NCBI GenBank assembly: GCA_951406725.2
Contig: OX597824.1
Coordinates: 23,312,001 to 23,376,000, forward strand
Origin: Octopus vulgaris
Taxonomy: Eukaryota
Direction of reading: 5' to 3'
DNA length: 64,000 bases
In this document: positions 25,958 through 41,518 of the stretch, piece by piece
Layout: every line of letters begins with the position of its first letter
Position numbering within the stretch: position 1 is the first letter of the stretch
Position numbers and translations under genes: made by a program
Notes under the pieces: model-generated
Database searches by the model: none
What the model was told of the DNA's origin: nothing
Seen by the model: the letters and a program-made list of their open reading frames with translations, nothing else

Positions 25958-26518
25958 AATCAAAATTTTGCTATAATATATACACACATACACACACACA
26001 CTTACATTAACACAAGAAATATTAGTGAAATATTCCGCTCAGCATTCCTACTAAGTGTAAATATAACAGGCCGGATATCGATGTTTGAGACAAGAATGAA
26101 AAAGTATATACTATTGTAGAGGCCGGCTGCTCTGATGATGTGAATATCTCTTTAAAAAAAAATGAAAGCCATATCTTCTAAATCCAGATTATAAATTCAC
26201 ATTCATCTCAGTAATAAATGATGCTCTTAGTTTGGCGGATAAATGTGTTAGTGACAACCTGGATAAGCTAGGGTTTTCAGAAAACGAATTCAACCAGCAA
26301 ACACGAGCATTATAAATACAATCTATAAGTGAAATACTAAAAGTGTGCAAGACTTTTCTCAAATTCAAAACACGGCACTCTTTTTTATTTTGTCCATTCA
26401 AACGATAGAGCTTTATATTTTTGTAAGGAAGACTTCAAATTAAAAAAAAAACAGGAAGACTTCAAATAATTAAACATCGCAGAGAACATACATACATACA
26501 TACATACATACATACATG

Positions 26519-26556
<38 letters not shown>

Positions 26557-26779
26557 GTAATTACTGCGTCTTCACAGATGATTGTCGTCTCTGAGATTTC
26601 TCGTTGTGAATGGCATTTCTGACATCCTGTTATTACAAATACCATTTGGGAAAAATAACTTCCTTTAAATCCAAGATCATCTTCCAGTCAGAAGTCTAAG
26701 ATATCGGCTTTCCTTTGCTTATTGCCGCTTTCGATAATTACCAGGCATCAAATGGAATAACTTTATCAGCAACAGGGGA

Positions 26780-27020
26780 GGTGAAAAGAAAAATAAATTA
26801 ATACTCAGTGTCTTTTTACGATCTGTAAGTGCAGAACGAGTTGGCTGGGATATGTCGTAAGAGTTCCGACGAACAGACTCGCCAGCCAAGTCCTGAAGTG
26901 AGACCCACAGAGAGTAATGGTGCATGGAATGTCCAAAGTTGAACTGGCACTAGAAGATCGATATGAACCTTTAGCAGATAAATTTAAGTTTGGACGATGC
27001 ATTGCGGATGGCTGTTGCCT
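26780..27020 (+). mobile_element. Decayed RTE-clade LINE C-terminal fragment
   Basis: Reads RTSWLGYVVRVPTNRLASQVLK*DPQ, resembling RWLGHV-R---R---QVL-W-PQ of RTE LINEs. Confidence 0.45.
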
Positions 27021-27269
27021 GACACCACTGGAAAAGTTTCACTGCCTGATGCGTCGCTCGTCAGGAGAACACCAACATATCAGTCTAAGCAATTATCCCT
27101 TTTCTCACACATCGTATGGGAAACAGCAAGGTGTACCCTGGTATTATCAATGCACAAACGCTGATACCACCTTTCTCTTTGTACATCTGTAAAGATTATC
27201 ACGGTTTGATTATACCACAACGCATATTCTGCAAAGAATAACTTGCACATTTCCAAAAATTCATAACCT

Positions 27270-28225
27270 GTTTCTTTACTACCCACAAGGGGCTAAACAA
27301 AAGGGGACAAACAAGGACAGACAAATGGATTAAGTCGATTATATCGACCCCAGTGCATAACTGATACTTAATTTATCGACCCCGAAGGGATGAAAGGCAA
27401 AGTCGACCTCGGTGGAATTTGAACTCAGAACGTAGCGACAGACGATATACTTATTTCTTTACTACCCACAAGGGGCTAAACACAGCGAGGACAAACAAGG
27501 ACAGACAAATGGATTAAGTCGATTATATCGACCCCAGTGCATAACTGATACTTAATTTATCGACCCCGAAGGGATGAAAGGCAAAGTCGACCTCGGTGGA
27601 ATTTGAACTCAGAACGTAGCGACAGACGATATACTTATTTCTTTACTACCCACAAGGGGCTAAACACAGCGAGGACAAACAAGGACAGACAAATGGATTA
27701 AGTCGATTATGTCGACCCCAGTGCATAACTGATACTTAATTTATCGACCCCGAAGGGATGAAAGGCAAAGTCGACCTCGGTGGAATTTGAACTCAGAACG
27801 TAGCGACAGACGATATACTTATTTCTTTACTACCCAGAAGGGGCTAAACACAGAGAGGACAAACAAGGACAGACAAATGGATTAAGTCGATTACATCGAC
27901 CCCAGTGCGTAACTGGTACTTGATTTATCGACCCCGAAAGGATGAAAGGCAAAGTCGACCTCGGTGGAATTTGAACTCAGAACGTAGCGACAGACGATAT
28001 ACTTATTTCTTTACTACCCAGAAGGGGCTAAACACAGAGAGGACAAACAAGGACAGACAAATGGATTAAGTCGATTACATCGACCCCAGTGAGTAACTGG
28101 TACTTGATTTATCGACCCCGAAAGGATGAAAGGCAAAGTCGACCACGGCGGAATTTGAACTCAGAACGTAACGGCAGACGATATACCGCTAAGCATTTCG
28201 CCCGGCGTGCTAACGTTTCTGCCAC
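27270..28225 (-). mobile_element. SINE family B tandem array: one head plus 5 body/tail units of 184 bp
   Basis: Junctions at 27451, 27635, 27819 and 28003. Confidence 0.9.
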
Positions 28226-28402
28226 ACACTGATGACTGTCATTCCTGCCAATCTAAGATCGATCGCTCCGTTGAGCTAGCAGAATCTTTAACATGCAGGG
28301 CAAAATGTTTAGCGGCATTTCTTCCGTCTTTACATACTGAGTTCGAATTCCATCGAGGTCGACTTTGACTTTCATCCTTTCAAGATCGATAAAATAAACT
28401 AC

Positions 28403-28797
28403 TGTGGAGGCGCAATGGCCCAGTGGTTAGGGCAGCGGACTCGCGGTCGTAGGATCGCGGTTTCGATTCCCAGACCGGGCATTGTGAGTGTTTATTGAGC
28501 GAAAACACCTAAAAGCTCCACGAGGCTCCGGCAGGGGTTGGTGGTGATCCCTTCTGTACTCTTTCACCACAACTTTCTCTCACTCTTACTTCCTGTTTCT
28601 GTTGTACCTTGTATTTCAAAGGGGCCGGCCTTGTCACTCTCTGTGTCACGCTGAATATCCCCGAGAACTACGTTAAGGGTACACGTGTCTGTGGAGTGCT
28701 CAGCCACTTACACGTTAATTTCACGAGCAGGCTGTTCCGTTGATTTGATCGGATCAACCGGATCAACCTCGTCGTCGTAACCGACGGAGTGCTTCCT
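28403..28797 (+). mobile_element. SINE family C inserted into an older SINE B copy (from ~28272)
   Basis: TSD taaaataaactac at 28390-28402 and 28798-28810. Confidence 0.9.
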
Positions 28798-29153
28798 TAA
28801 AATAAACTACCAGCTATTTGTGCCAAAATTTTAAACTAATGTTGACCAGGAAACACATTGTGCGCCGCTCTTTAGAGGAGCCAGAGTCCAGCTGGCACCA
28901 TTTACCAAAACTATGATTCACGCTAACTTCCGTTGCTCAGTTGTTTTCCAAGCTGCACACGTGTACGAATATGTATACACATTAAGGAATGTATGTACGC
29001 ATGCGCGGGGGAGAGGTGTCTGTGTGTGTGTGTGTGTGGGGATAAGTCTAGGACACATTGCTATATACATGTGCTTTCTATTCATGCACATATGTGGGAG
29101 TATTTGTTTAACGTATTTATAGGCCAGAAAATTTAGTGTGCCCGTTTGAGTAC

Positions 29154-29189
<36 letters not shown>

Positions 29190-29441
29190 GCATATATCCG
29201 TGTGTGAGCATATATACATACATACATACATATATATATATATATGTGTGTGTATGTATATATGTATATAATATATATATATATATATTTATATACATAC
29301 ATATAAACATACATGTATATGTATGTATGCGTATATATGTATATGTGTGTATATATATATGTATGCATGTGTATATATGTGTATATATACGTATACATAT
29401 ATATATGTATGCATGTGTATATATGTGCATATATACATATA

Positions 29442-29493
<52 letters not shown>

Positions 29494-29575
29494 CATGCGT
29501 ACATATATATATATACACACATATACATATATACGCATACATACATATACATGTATGTTTATATGTATGTATATG

Positions 29576-29607
<32 letters not shown>

Positions 29608-29616
29608 CATACATAC

Positions 29617-29683
<67 letters not shown>

Positions 29684-29814
29684 TACAATAGTGTGTATAA
29701 AAGAATACGCTTGTAAACGGATACGTGTCTTTGTATCAGCTCGTCTGCTCTTTGCACGTGTGTGCGTGTATATATGCACCTATGTGTGTATGTATGTATG
29801 TATGTGTGTGTGTA

Positions 29815-29855
<41 letters not shown>

Positions 29856-30039
29856 ATGTGTTTGTCGCTAGCAAATATTATGAATGGAGCAGCAAGCCAA
29901 TTGAAGAAACATTAGCCCTAATTAGGAATGAATAACATGCCTACGATATCTGTGTCACGTGGTGGGAGGCTAATTAAAACATTCCCTTGTAGTAGTTAAT
30001 TAGGGGAATGGCTTACACCACATTTCACGTCCATTACCA

Positions 30040-31470
30040 ACGATATCAACACCGCCCTAACCGCCGCCACCACCACCACCACCACCACCACCTCCACCAC
30101 CACCACCGCTACTACCAATACCTACTACAGCTACTACCACCACCACCACCACCACCACCACCACCACCATCACCACCACCAACACAACTACCACCAACAC
30201 TACTACCACTACAGCTACCACCACCACCACCACCAAAACCACCACCACCACCACCACCATCACCACCACCAACACAACTACCACTACAGCTACCACCATC
30301 AACACACCACCACCACCACCACCACAACCACCATCACCACCACCAACACAACTACCACCAACACTACTACCACTACAGCTACCACCACCACCACCACAAC
30401 AACATCGCTACCTTCATCACTGGTACCTCCCAATCTCTGCCATCTCTACCTCCCCCCTTGACACCTTTTTATGAGTTCCGACACCACCAGAACCGGCAAA
30501 GATTCCAACACATAACAGAACCACGGACACCACCACAACCAGCAACACCAACAATTTCACCACCACTCACACCACCACCACCACCACCACCACCACCACC
30601 ACTCCCACCAGTGCTCCCTCACTATCAGCAGCACCCTCTTTTTCACCACCAACACCATCTGAGCTTTCACCACTCCTGCTATAGCCTTCATCATTGTCAC
30701 TGCTATAACGATAATCACTATTAGCACCGCCACAACCTCCAATAAAGCCTTCGGTATTATCACCACCACCACCACCACCATCACCACCACCACCACCACA
30801 ACCGCGTCTACCACCACTACCATCAACNNNNNNNNNNNNNNNNNNNNNNNNNNNNNNNNNNNNNNNNNNNNNNNNNNNNNNNNNNNNNNNNNNNNNNNNN
30901 NNNNNNNNNNNNNNNNNNNNNNNNNNNACGATAATCACTATTAGCACCGCCACAACCTCCAATAAAGCCTTCGGTATTATCACCACCACCACCACCACCA
31001 TCACCACCACCACCACCACAACCGCGTCTACCACCACTACCATCAACACCACCAGCACATCTACCGCCACCACTACCACCATCACCACCATCTTTCCAAC
31101 CGAGGCTGTTCCCTATTACAACCACTACCTCCGCCACCACCACCACCACCACCACTACTACCACCACCACCACCACACTACCACCATTACTACTACTACC
31201 ACCACTACCGCGAAGAGCTCTACTACTACTACTACTACTACTACTATCACCACCACCATTACTACTACCACTACCACCACTACTGTGAAGAGCTCTGCTA
31301 CTATCACCACCACCATTAATACTACTACTATAACTACTACCACTACCACCACCACCGCGAAGATCTCTACTACTACTGCTACTACTACTACTACTACTAC
31401 TGCTGCTGCTACTGCCTCTACTATTGCTACTGCTACTACTACTACTGCTACTGCTGCTGCTGCTGCTGTT
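30040..31470. repeat. (ACC)/(ACT)-rich low-complexity tract
   Basis: Directly visible. Confidence 0.9.
30828..30927. other. Assembly gap (100 N) with duplicated flanks
   Basis: 30708-30827 equals 30928-31047. Confidence 0.95.
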
Positions 31471-31910
31471 GCGCAATGACCATTCCTATTTAAAACAACT
31501 ATCAGCGCCACCATCAACCCCATATATTGGCATAAAGCTCCACCATTACTGTCGCAGGATCACGTGACGGAAGGATCTGGATCCGGTGGGATGCTTGCTT
31601 TCCGAGCAGCTCTTCTCTTTGGAGTTGAGTTTCACTGATCACTCATGATACCGAGTGCTGTACTCCCAGGGTACGCTGAACTGCGCCACTGTTGGCGCTC
31701 TAGAGCAACATATTCCCATGTCGACTGCTCGAAGTTACCACTTTCCAATGTCGTTTTAGTGTATATTTTATTCACTTCCTAGACCCGTCACATGACCGAG
31801 AACTAATACAACAACCTACACATACATATACGTATATATAGACATACGTCCATGCAAACATATATATATATAAACATGTACGTATGTATGTATGTATGTA
31901 TGTATGTATG

Positions 31911-31976
<66 letters not shown>

Positions 31977-32021
31977 CATATATACATATATATATATACA
32001 TATATATATACATATATATAC

Positions 32022-32081
<60 letters not shown>

Positions 32082-32626
32082 CATTATATAAAAGGGCTTA
32101 GTAAAATAAATTACTTTGCCACATACTGAACTCATTAGAAATAGTAGCTAAAAAAACTTTTTTAAAACTATTTCTAATACTTAAAGAAAATCTCTCTCAT
32201 ATAGTGTTTGCTCAATTCAACTCACGAAAGTATGGGGGTAAAGACATTAAAAAATCAAATGCAAAGGTTATTTGAGAACGTACGTTTCAAGATTAGTCAA
32301 ACTCGACATTTCTATCATCAGCTCAGAACTCCTTGGTTTGGATTTGAAAACACTGAAAGTGGGAGCATACCCTTTCGGCTTCTTATCGCTTCTGAAGATC
32401 TGCTCGAAACTAACAGTGCCAGCACACCCAAAATATGCAAGCGAAGAATTTCTGCTCTCCCCTTTCCACCAGCGTGGGTTAAAATCAGTAAACACTCTGC
32501 TTTTTCGGTAAATCCGAAACATTAAATTAATCCAAACATGAAAACACAAAGAGAAAACACAAAAACGCGAGGATGTGGAACAAATATAGTATTATTGGAC
32601 GCTCAGGAAGGAAGCGAAGAAGGAGG

Positions 32627-32661
32627 GTTTAACGTTTCGAGTAGAGCTCTTCGTCAGAAAC
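32627..32661 (-). ncRNA. Minimal hammerhead motif in a family-D-related repeat
   Basis: gttt-CTGACGA-a-GAG-ctcta-CTC-GAAA-CG-TT-aaac. Confidence 0.6.
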
Positions 32662-32757
32662 ATAGGAAAAGGAAAGATCCACAGAAGGGCAGACGGAGGA
32701 AAAAAATATCGCCACGGTATACAGGCGGTCACATTTACATACATATATATGTATATG

Positions 32758-33142
32758 TGTGGAGGCGCAATGGCCCAGTTGTTAGGGCAGCGGATTCGCG
32801 GTCGTAGGATCGCGGTTTCGATTCCCAGACCGGGCGTTGTGAGTGTTTATTGAGCGAAAACACCTAAAGCTCCACGAGGCTCCGGCAGGGGATGGTGGTG
32901 ATCCCTGCTGTACTCTTTCACCATAACTTTCTCTCACTCTTACTTTCTGTTTCTGTTGTACCTGTATTTCAAAGGGCCAGCCTTGTCACTCTCTGTGTCA
33001 CGTTGAATATCCCCGAGAACTACGTTAAGGGTACACGTGTCTGTGGAGTGCTCAGCCACTTACACGTTAATTTCACGAGCAGGCTGTTCCGTTGATCGGA
33101 TCAACCGGAACCCTCGTCGTCGTAACCGACGGAGTGCTTCCT
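32758..33142 (+). mobile_element. SINE family C, full length
   Basis: Family match. Confidence 0.9.
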
Positions 33143-33199
33143 CCTTTATGTATATGTATATATATGACATACATATGTATACATATATACATGCATATG

Positions 33200-33277
<78 letters not shown>

Positions 33278-33465
33278 GGGTGGGGGGTGAGTGTACAATA
33301 AGTACTGGTGTCGATTCGTACGATTAAAAATTCTTCAAGGCGGTGCCCCAGCATGGCCGCAGTCTAATGAGTGAAACAAGCAAGGATAAAAGATAAATAA
33401 ATATATGTATGTATATATGTATGTATGCATATATATATATATACATATAAAAATATATGTATATG

Positions 33466-33515
<50 letters not shown>

Positions 33516-33528
33516 GTATGTACGTACG

Positions 33529-33571
<43 letters not shown>

Positions 33572-33666
33572 GTGTGTGTGTAGGTATAATATATATATGT
33601 AGGTAAGTAGGTAGGTAGGAATATTAGCGCTCGTTCGTATGGCGGTAAAAAGAAGAGAATAAAACA

Positions 33667-33750
<84 letters not shown>

Positions 33751-34017
33751 CATATATATTCATAAGTATATTGTATATTCGCACGAACACTCGCAGGTAG
33801 CCACATGCACGCATACTAACTCACACACATACGATATGTATTTGCACGCATTGAAAAACGTACAAAAGAAAAAGCCAGCTGAATAATGGAAAAATCAATA
33901 AGTAAAATTGGGCAAATTATATATTGTGGTTGTGAAAAAAAAGGTAACAATGATTTAAAAAAAATTTCTTCTTGTTCGATTGTCGAATAAGTCTGGCAAG
34001 AAATATAAAGCGAATAA

Positions 34018-34252
34018 GGCGGCGAGCTGGCAGAAACGTTAGCACGCCGGGTGAAATGCGTAGTCGTATTTCGTCTGCTGTTACGTCCTGATTTCAAATT
34101 CCGCCGAGGTCGACTTTGTCTTTCATCCTTTCGGGGTCGATAAATTAAGTACCAGATACGCACTGGGATCGATGTAATCGACTCAATCCTTTTGTCTGTC
34201 CTTGTTTGTCTTTCTGTGTTTAGCCCCTTGTGGGCAATAAAGAAATAAGAAA
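34018..34252 (+). mobile_element. SINE family B monomer, full length
   Basis: Head ggcggcgagctggcag...ttcaaattcc, Meta-like domain, tail tttagccccttgtggg.aataaagaaata. Confidence 0.9.
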
Positions 34253-34447
34253 TATATATCTATGTTTGCATGGATGTATGTCTATATATACATATATGTA
34301 TGTATATATGTAAGTAGGTAGGTGGGTAGGTAGGTAGCTAGGTAGGTAGTTGTGTTCTTGAGCAACCAAAAGAAAGAAAATAAACCATAATTATGCGTTG
34401 CTCTAGTAAAGCGGTAGAGGAGTAGGGGCGGAAACCGGATGTGGTTC

Positions 34448-34522
34448 CTCCTGATGATGTCTTGAGCTAACTGGATCCTATAAAAGAGCTGTTGTGATTG
34501 CAGACCACGAAACACGGTTGAA
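34448..34522 (+). ncRNA. Degenerate hammerhead-like motif
   Basis: CTGATGA-t-GTCT...AGAC-cac-GAAA-CACGG-TT; stems I and III imperfect. Confidence 0.35.
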
Positions 34523-34632
34523 ATTCTTCAGTTGTTAATGAGCAGCCTTGGAAAGGACAAGCGTTCGTCTAAGGGGAATATTGCTATCTTGGTTACTTAC
34601 TTATACGGCAAGGAAAGTGGGTAACTGCTAAT

Positions 34633-34664
<32 letters not shown>

Positions 34665-34669
34665 CATAT

Positions 34670-35333
34670 ATACGACGGGCTTCTTTCAGTTTCCGTCTAC
34701 CAAAACCACTGACAAGGCTTGGGTCGGCCCGGGGCTATAGTAGAAGACACTTACTAATCACGACACTCAGGATTAGCTTTTCAGTTTTCGTTTCGAATAT
34801 ATTATTTTTATTTTTCCGGGTTCAGTCCCACTACGTGGCACCTTGGGCCGACCACAACGCAATGGCCCAGTGGTTAGGGCAGCGGACTCGCGGTCGGAGG
34901 ATCGCGGTTTAGATTCCCAGACCGGGCGTTGTGTCTGTTTATTGAGCGAAAACACCTAAAGCTCCACGAGGTTTGCTTACCAACCACATGGCTCCGGGTT
35001 CAGTCCCACTGCGTGGCATCTTGAGTAAGTGTCTTCTACTATAGCCCCGGGCCGACCAAAGCCTTGTCAGTGGATTTGGTAGACGCAAACTGAAAGAAGC
35101 TCGTCGAATATATGTATATATATATATATGCATGTGTGTGTATACGTTTGTGTGTCTGTGTTTGTCCCCCCAATATCGCTTGACAACCGATGCTGGTGTG
35201 TTCTAGTCCCTGTAACTTAGCGGTAGAATAAGTAATAGGCTTACAAAGAATAAGTCCTGGGGTCGATTTGCTCGTCTAAAAGGCGGTGCTCCAGCATGGC
35301 CGCAGTCAAATGACTGAAACAAGTAAAAGAGTA
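34670..35333. mobile_element. Cluster of SINE A pieces with an embedded SINE C head (34857-34971)
   Basis: Family matches on both strands; near-complete SINE A at ~34972-35333 (+). Confidence 0.8.
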
Positions 35334-35818
35334 TACACAAGTTAATCCAGACATGTTTTTGTTTCTCTCTATTTTCTTCCTCTCCCCCATCTGTTTTTTT
35401 TTTTCCTTCTCGCTTCTTTTCGTAGAAGAGCGTAGGCTCGAAACGTTAAAAACTTCTATTTTTTTCCTAAGCGTCAAACTAATACCTTGCTTATTGTTCC
35501 CGCACTTCTGACTTTTGTTACATTTTGTTTAGTGTACAATTTTGAACTATACTCACACAGACATCGACAGTTATATATACGTATTCATAAACATACAATC
35601 TCTATCTCTTTCTCTTTATCTCATATCTTCTTCCCAGCTTGCGCCTTGACCTCAGGTGAATCGCTAAATCCAGTAAAATAATGAAGAAATTGTAATTAAT
35701 AAATTAGAAATTCTTTACTTGCAACATCAAGTATTGTAGTGCCTACTTAACTACAGAAACTATAGACACACATATACCTGCCCATACACACCCAGACACG
35801 CATATATATATATTTATG

Positions 35819-35873
<55 letters not shown>

Positions 35874-35976
35874 GTACACACACACGCACGCATATATGCA
35901 TATATATATATATTGTATATTTATCTGTAATCTGAGTTCATCACGTATGTGTACCCGCGTATTGGTGCACGTGTGC

Positions 35977-36023
<47 letters not shown>

Positions 36024-36264
36024 TGTCTGTGTCTGTGTGCTGTATGAACATTCAATTAATTTAAAATACAGCTACATCACTTAAATCAGTAAGATAATTA
36101 GAAAATTTTATTGAGAATTAATTAAAAATATGTTAGTCTGCACCGGTATTTGTACATATAGGTGTGGGTATTTTCGCATATGTATAGATACATATATACC
36201 AATATATGTGTGTGTGTGTGCATGTATGTATGTATGTATGTATGTATGTATGTATGTATGTATG

Positions 36265-36334
<70 letters not shown>

Positions 36335-36640
36335 AAACACACACACACATACATATATGCACTTATATGTGTTTGTATATATATGGGTGGGGGGAGAATG
36401 TGTGTGTGTGCGTGATATGCATAATTTTAATTATATACAAAAACAGCAATTAGTGATTCCAGAAATCGATAACGGAAATAAAGTTGAAAATTCTCTTTTT
36501 GCGTTTAGTCTCTATGAAAAGATGTAAAGCCAGTTTGGCGAAACTTCGTATCACAGTCACGGGATATGAGTAAGTGTGAACGCAATTATGTATGCATGTA
36601 TATGTATATAAATATATGTGTGCGTATGAGTGTGAATCAT

Positions 36641-36854
<214 letters not shown>

Positions 36855-36885
36855 GTATATATATATGTATATATATATGTATATA

Positions 36886-37006
<121 letters not shown>

Positions 37007-37025
37007 GTATATATGTATATATGTA

Positions 37026-37170
<145 letters not shown>

Positions 37171-37359
37171 ATGTTGCATGCTGGGCAAATGCTTAGCGGT
37201 TTTTCGTCCAACTTTACATTCAGAGTTCAAATTCCGTCGAGGTCAACTTTGCCTTTCATCGTCTTGGAGTTGAGCACTGGCGTCGTTGTAATCGACGTAT
37301 CCACTCCCCTGAAATTGCTAACTTTGTTCCAAAGTTTCAAACCAATATGTGTATATATA

Positions 37360-37403
<44 letters not shown>

Positions 37404-37456
37404 ACTACTGCTGCTACCCCATCATTTGTAAGCCACATCAAGTGCTGGTTCCCAGT

Positions 37457-37745
37457 TGTAACTGTCGAGGTACTGGAACAGTTGTTTGTGAAGCTGAAGT
37501 TACTGCAGTGGTTCAAGATAATATAATAGTGAAAAATTTACAGTGGTATGTGCGAAGGCGATTTTAAAAACCGTTATGCAAACCACCAGTCTTCTTTCCG
37601 ATACATCGCTAAAAATAAGGCCACTAAGTTGGTTAATCAAGTATGGGATCTGAAGACCAACAGTACATCACATACAAACAATCAAGGGGAGAATCATGGC
37701 GAAATCTACCCCATATAAAAATGAATCAAAGAGATGCAAGTTAGA
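37457..37745 (+). pseudogene. Frameshifted GIY-YIG endonuclease fragment of a Penelope-like element (Naiad-like)
   Basis: CNCR..VVCEAEVT / IYSGMCEGDFKNRYANHQSSFR..ATKLVNQVWDLK / IKGRIMAKSTPYKNESKRCKL across two frameshifts; follows (TA)n. Confidence 0.7.
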
Positions 37746-37984
37746 ATTCCACAGAGCTATTGAATTCTAGATCCGAAATTTTTAGCAAGTTCAATCATAT
37801 GGACAAGTTCCATTTGTCAAGCTGGGGGACACCACTCTCTCTATATTGAGTAGCTATGTCACAGACATTGGATTCCTTTCTGTCATATTATTCTACACAG
37901 GTTAGATTAATTATGGTTTCTGCAGTGAAAGAGGACGAAGTTCTTGATTTTCTTACCTTTCTTTTCTTTCATCATACTCTTTAC

Positions 37985-38199
37985 TGTTTACTCTTTTACT
38001 TGTTTCAGTCATTTGACTGCGGCCATGCTGGAGCACCGCCTTTAATCGAGCAACTCGACCCCGGGACTTATTCTTTTGTAAGCCCAGTACTTATTCTATC
38101 GGTCTCTTTTGCCGAACCGGTAAGTGATGGGGACATAAACACACCAGCATCGGTTGTCAAGCAATGCTAGGGGAACAAACACAGACACACAAACACACA

Positions 38200-38265
<66 letters not shown>

Positions 38266-38421
38266 CGACGGGCTTCTTTCAGTTTCCGTCTACCAAATCC
38301 ACTCACAAGGCTTTGGTCGGCCCGATGCTATAGTAGAAGACACTTGCTCAAGGTGCCATGCAGTGGGACTGAACCCGGAACCATGTGGTTGGTAAGCAAG
38401 CTACTTACCACACAGCCACTC
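37985..38421 (-). mobile_element. SINE family A, full length
   Basis: Family match. Confidence 0.9.
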
Positions 38422-38645
38422 ACTTTTTGCATCAACTTTTTGGGGGTTTTTCTCGGGGGTTCCCCTCCACATTCTGTTTTTTTTTTTTCTTCATGCTTTC
38501 TCATCGTCCAGAATACCATCCTGACTTTTAAATACATCTAACGTTATGAACGGAGCCTGAAAGATAGATTCGATATAAATGGTATGTTATATAAATCTAT
38601 AAATGGTATGTTATATAAATCTATAAATGGTATGTTATATAAAGA

Positions 38646-38877
38646 AGGCGGCGAGCTAGCAGAATCGTTAGCACGTTGGGCGAAATGCTTAGCGGTATTT
38701 CGGCTGCCGTTACGTTGTGAGTTCAAATTCCGCCGAGGTCGACTTTGCCTTTCATCCTTTCGGGGTCGATAAATTAAGTACCAGTTAAGCACTGGGGTCG
38801 ATATCATCGACTTAATACCTATGTCTGTCCATGTTTCTCTCCTCTATGTTTAGCCCCTTGTGGGTAATAAAGAAATA
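38646..38877 (+). mobile_element. SINE family B monomer
   Basis: Family match; flanking repeat ggtatgttatataaa on both sides. Confidence 0.9.
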
Positions 38878-39337
38878 GGTATGTTATATAAATCTTTCAA
38901 TTTAGCGTATCTTAAAGCATGAAACTTTTGATAACTTTTTTTGTAATTGTGTATATCAAATTATACACGTGTGTTGGTGTGTGTGTGTGTGTGCGGGGGT
39001 GTTTAACATTAAACTATTACTCAAACTGCTCTAGTGAAACTCAGAGAAAGGACCCAGGAGAATTTACTTATAATAAAAAATTCTCACTGTACTTCATGTA
39101 TTGAATATTTTTATCCTTCATTTGTAAATACAAACGTTTAACAGTACATGCATGCTGCGCCCACAAACACAGACACAGACACAGACAAACACACAAGCAC
39201 ACATACACACACACGCACACGGTCGCGCGCGCGAATGTATACAAACATATATGCATATGTATATATATATATATATATGTACATATACTTGTACACACAT
39301 ACACCTACATTTGTATGTTTATATGTGTGTATATAGG

Positions 39338-39528
<191 letters not shown>

Positions 39529-39720
39529 ATATATATATATATATATGATTGTATATTATACACATTTATATACACAAATAAACATACAAACGGGGAAACA
39601 GAGAGAGACGCATATACTTGTGTCGTATACGTTAGCATATATATTCTTATACGTACAGGTAATACGTGCATACAAACACAAACATTCATATGTATGTATT
39701 TGTGTATTTACATATATGTA

Positions 39721-39778
<58 letters not shown>

Positions 39779-40009
39779 AATCTATATGTATATATAAATC
39801 TATATGTATATATAAATATATATATATTTATATATATGTATAAACATATATACACATATATATATGTATATATATATATATATATATGCGTATGAATATG
39901 TATACAGAAAGATAGGAAGATATATATGTATATACATACATACATACGTAACTATGTACATACGGAGACATAGATAGGTAGAGAGAAAGGGGGCGGAAGA
40001 GGGACAGAC

Positions 40010-40070
<61 letters not shown>

Positions 40071-40528
40071 TACAAACAGACAGACAGACAGAGGAGTGAT
40101 AATAGGGCAGGCAGGCAGACATACATGCAGACGAGAAGCAGGAAAGGCAGGCAGACAATCAGACAGTCAGACTGGATGAAAGAAAAAACTACAAAGGGAA
40201 CAAATTAAATATCAATACAAGTACAAAGGAACGTAAATTGCATTACATACAGGCGCGAGCATATGTGCGCATGCGCATAAAAACGCGCGCGCACACACAC
40301 ACACATAATTACATACACACACACACATATATATATGTAGCTAAATAAACATGCATCTATGATGTCATTAGTAATCACATGTTGATGGTAGACAGTAGCT
40401 TAATTAGGAAATTGCTTGATCATTAAGCGCGATAGCCTGGTTGGTGTCCCAATTCTTGTGCGTCTCTCTCCCGTTTCGTCTCTCCCTTGCAATATTTCTC
40501 CCTACATCTCTCTCTTGCTCTCCCTTTA

Positions 40529-40646
<118 letters not shown>

Positions 40647-40721
40647 TGTATACATATATATATATATATGTATGTATACATATATATATATGTATACATA
40701 TATATATATATATATGTATGT

Positions 40722-40759
<38 letters not shown>

Positions 40760-40892
40760 ACATATATATATATATATGTATGTATACATATATATATATG
40801 TATACATATATATATATATATGTATGTATACATATATATATATATATATATGTATGTATACATATATATATATATATATATGTATGTATACA

Positions 40893-41011
<119 letters not shown>

Positions 41012-41346
41012 GTATACATATATGTATATATATATATATACACACGCATATATATACACATGTATTTAATTTAACCTTCATCGGCTTTCATTAATCTGGC
41101 GTCATACACTTTTGAACGATGGCTGTACATGTATGCACGTGAGCCTGAGTGCATACTTGTACGAATGCATGTATGTAAACAGAATACGTAGATTTCACAC
41201 ACACACACATACACACATATATACACACAGATATATTTTTTTTTTCGTGTGTGTATATATCTTTAAGTGTGTGTATAATCAATATCAAACATTATACCTT
41301 AAAAGAAATCAATTCAAAGATGCATACACATATATACATACATACA

Positions 41347-41420
<74 letters not shown>

Positions 41421-41460
41421 GTGTGTGTGTGTGTGTTTATGTATGTATATATATATATAA

Positions 41461-41518
<58 letters not shown>

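Noticed and set aside
30008-30724. 238-aa Pro/His-rich extensin-like ORF
   Set aside because: Translation of an (ACC)n tract beside an assembly gap
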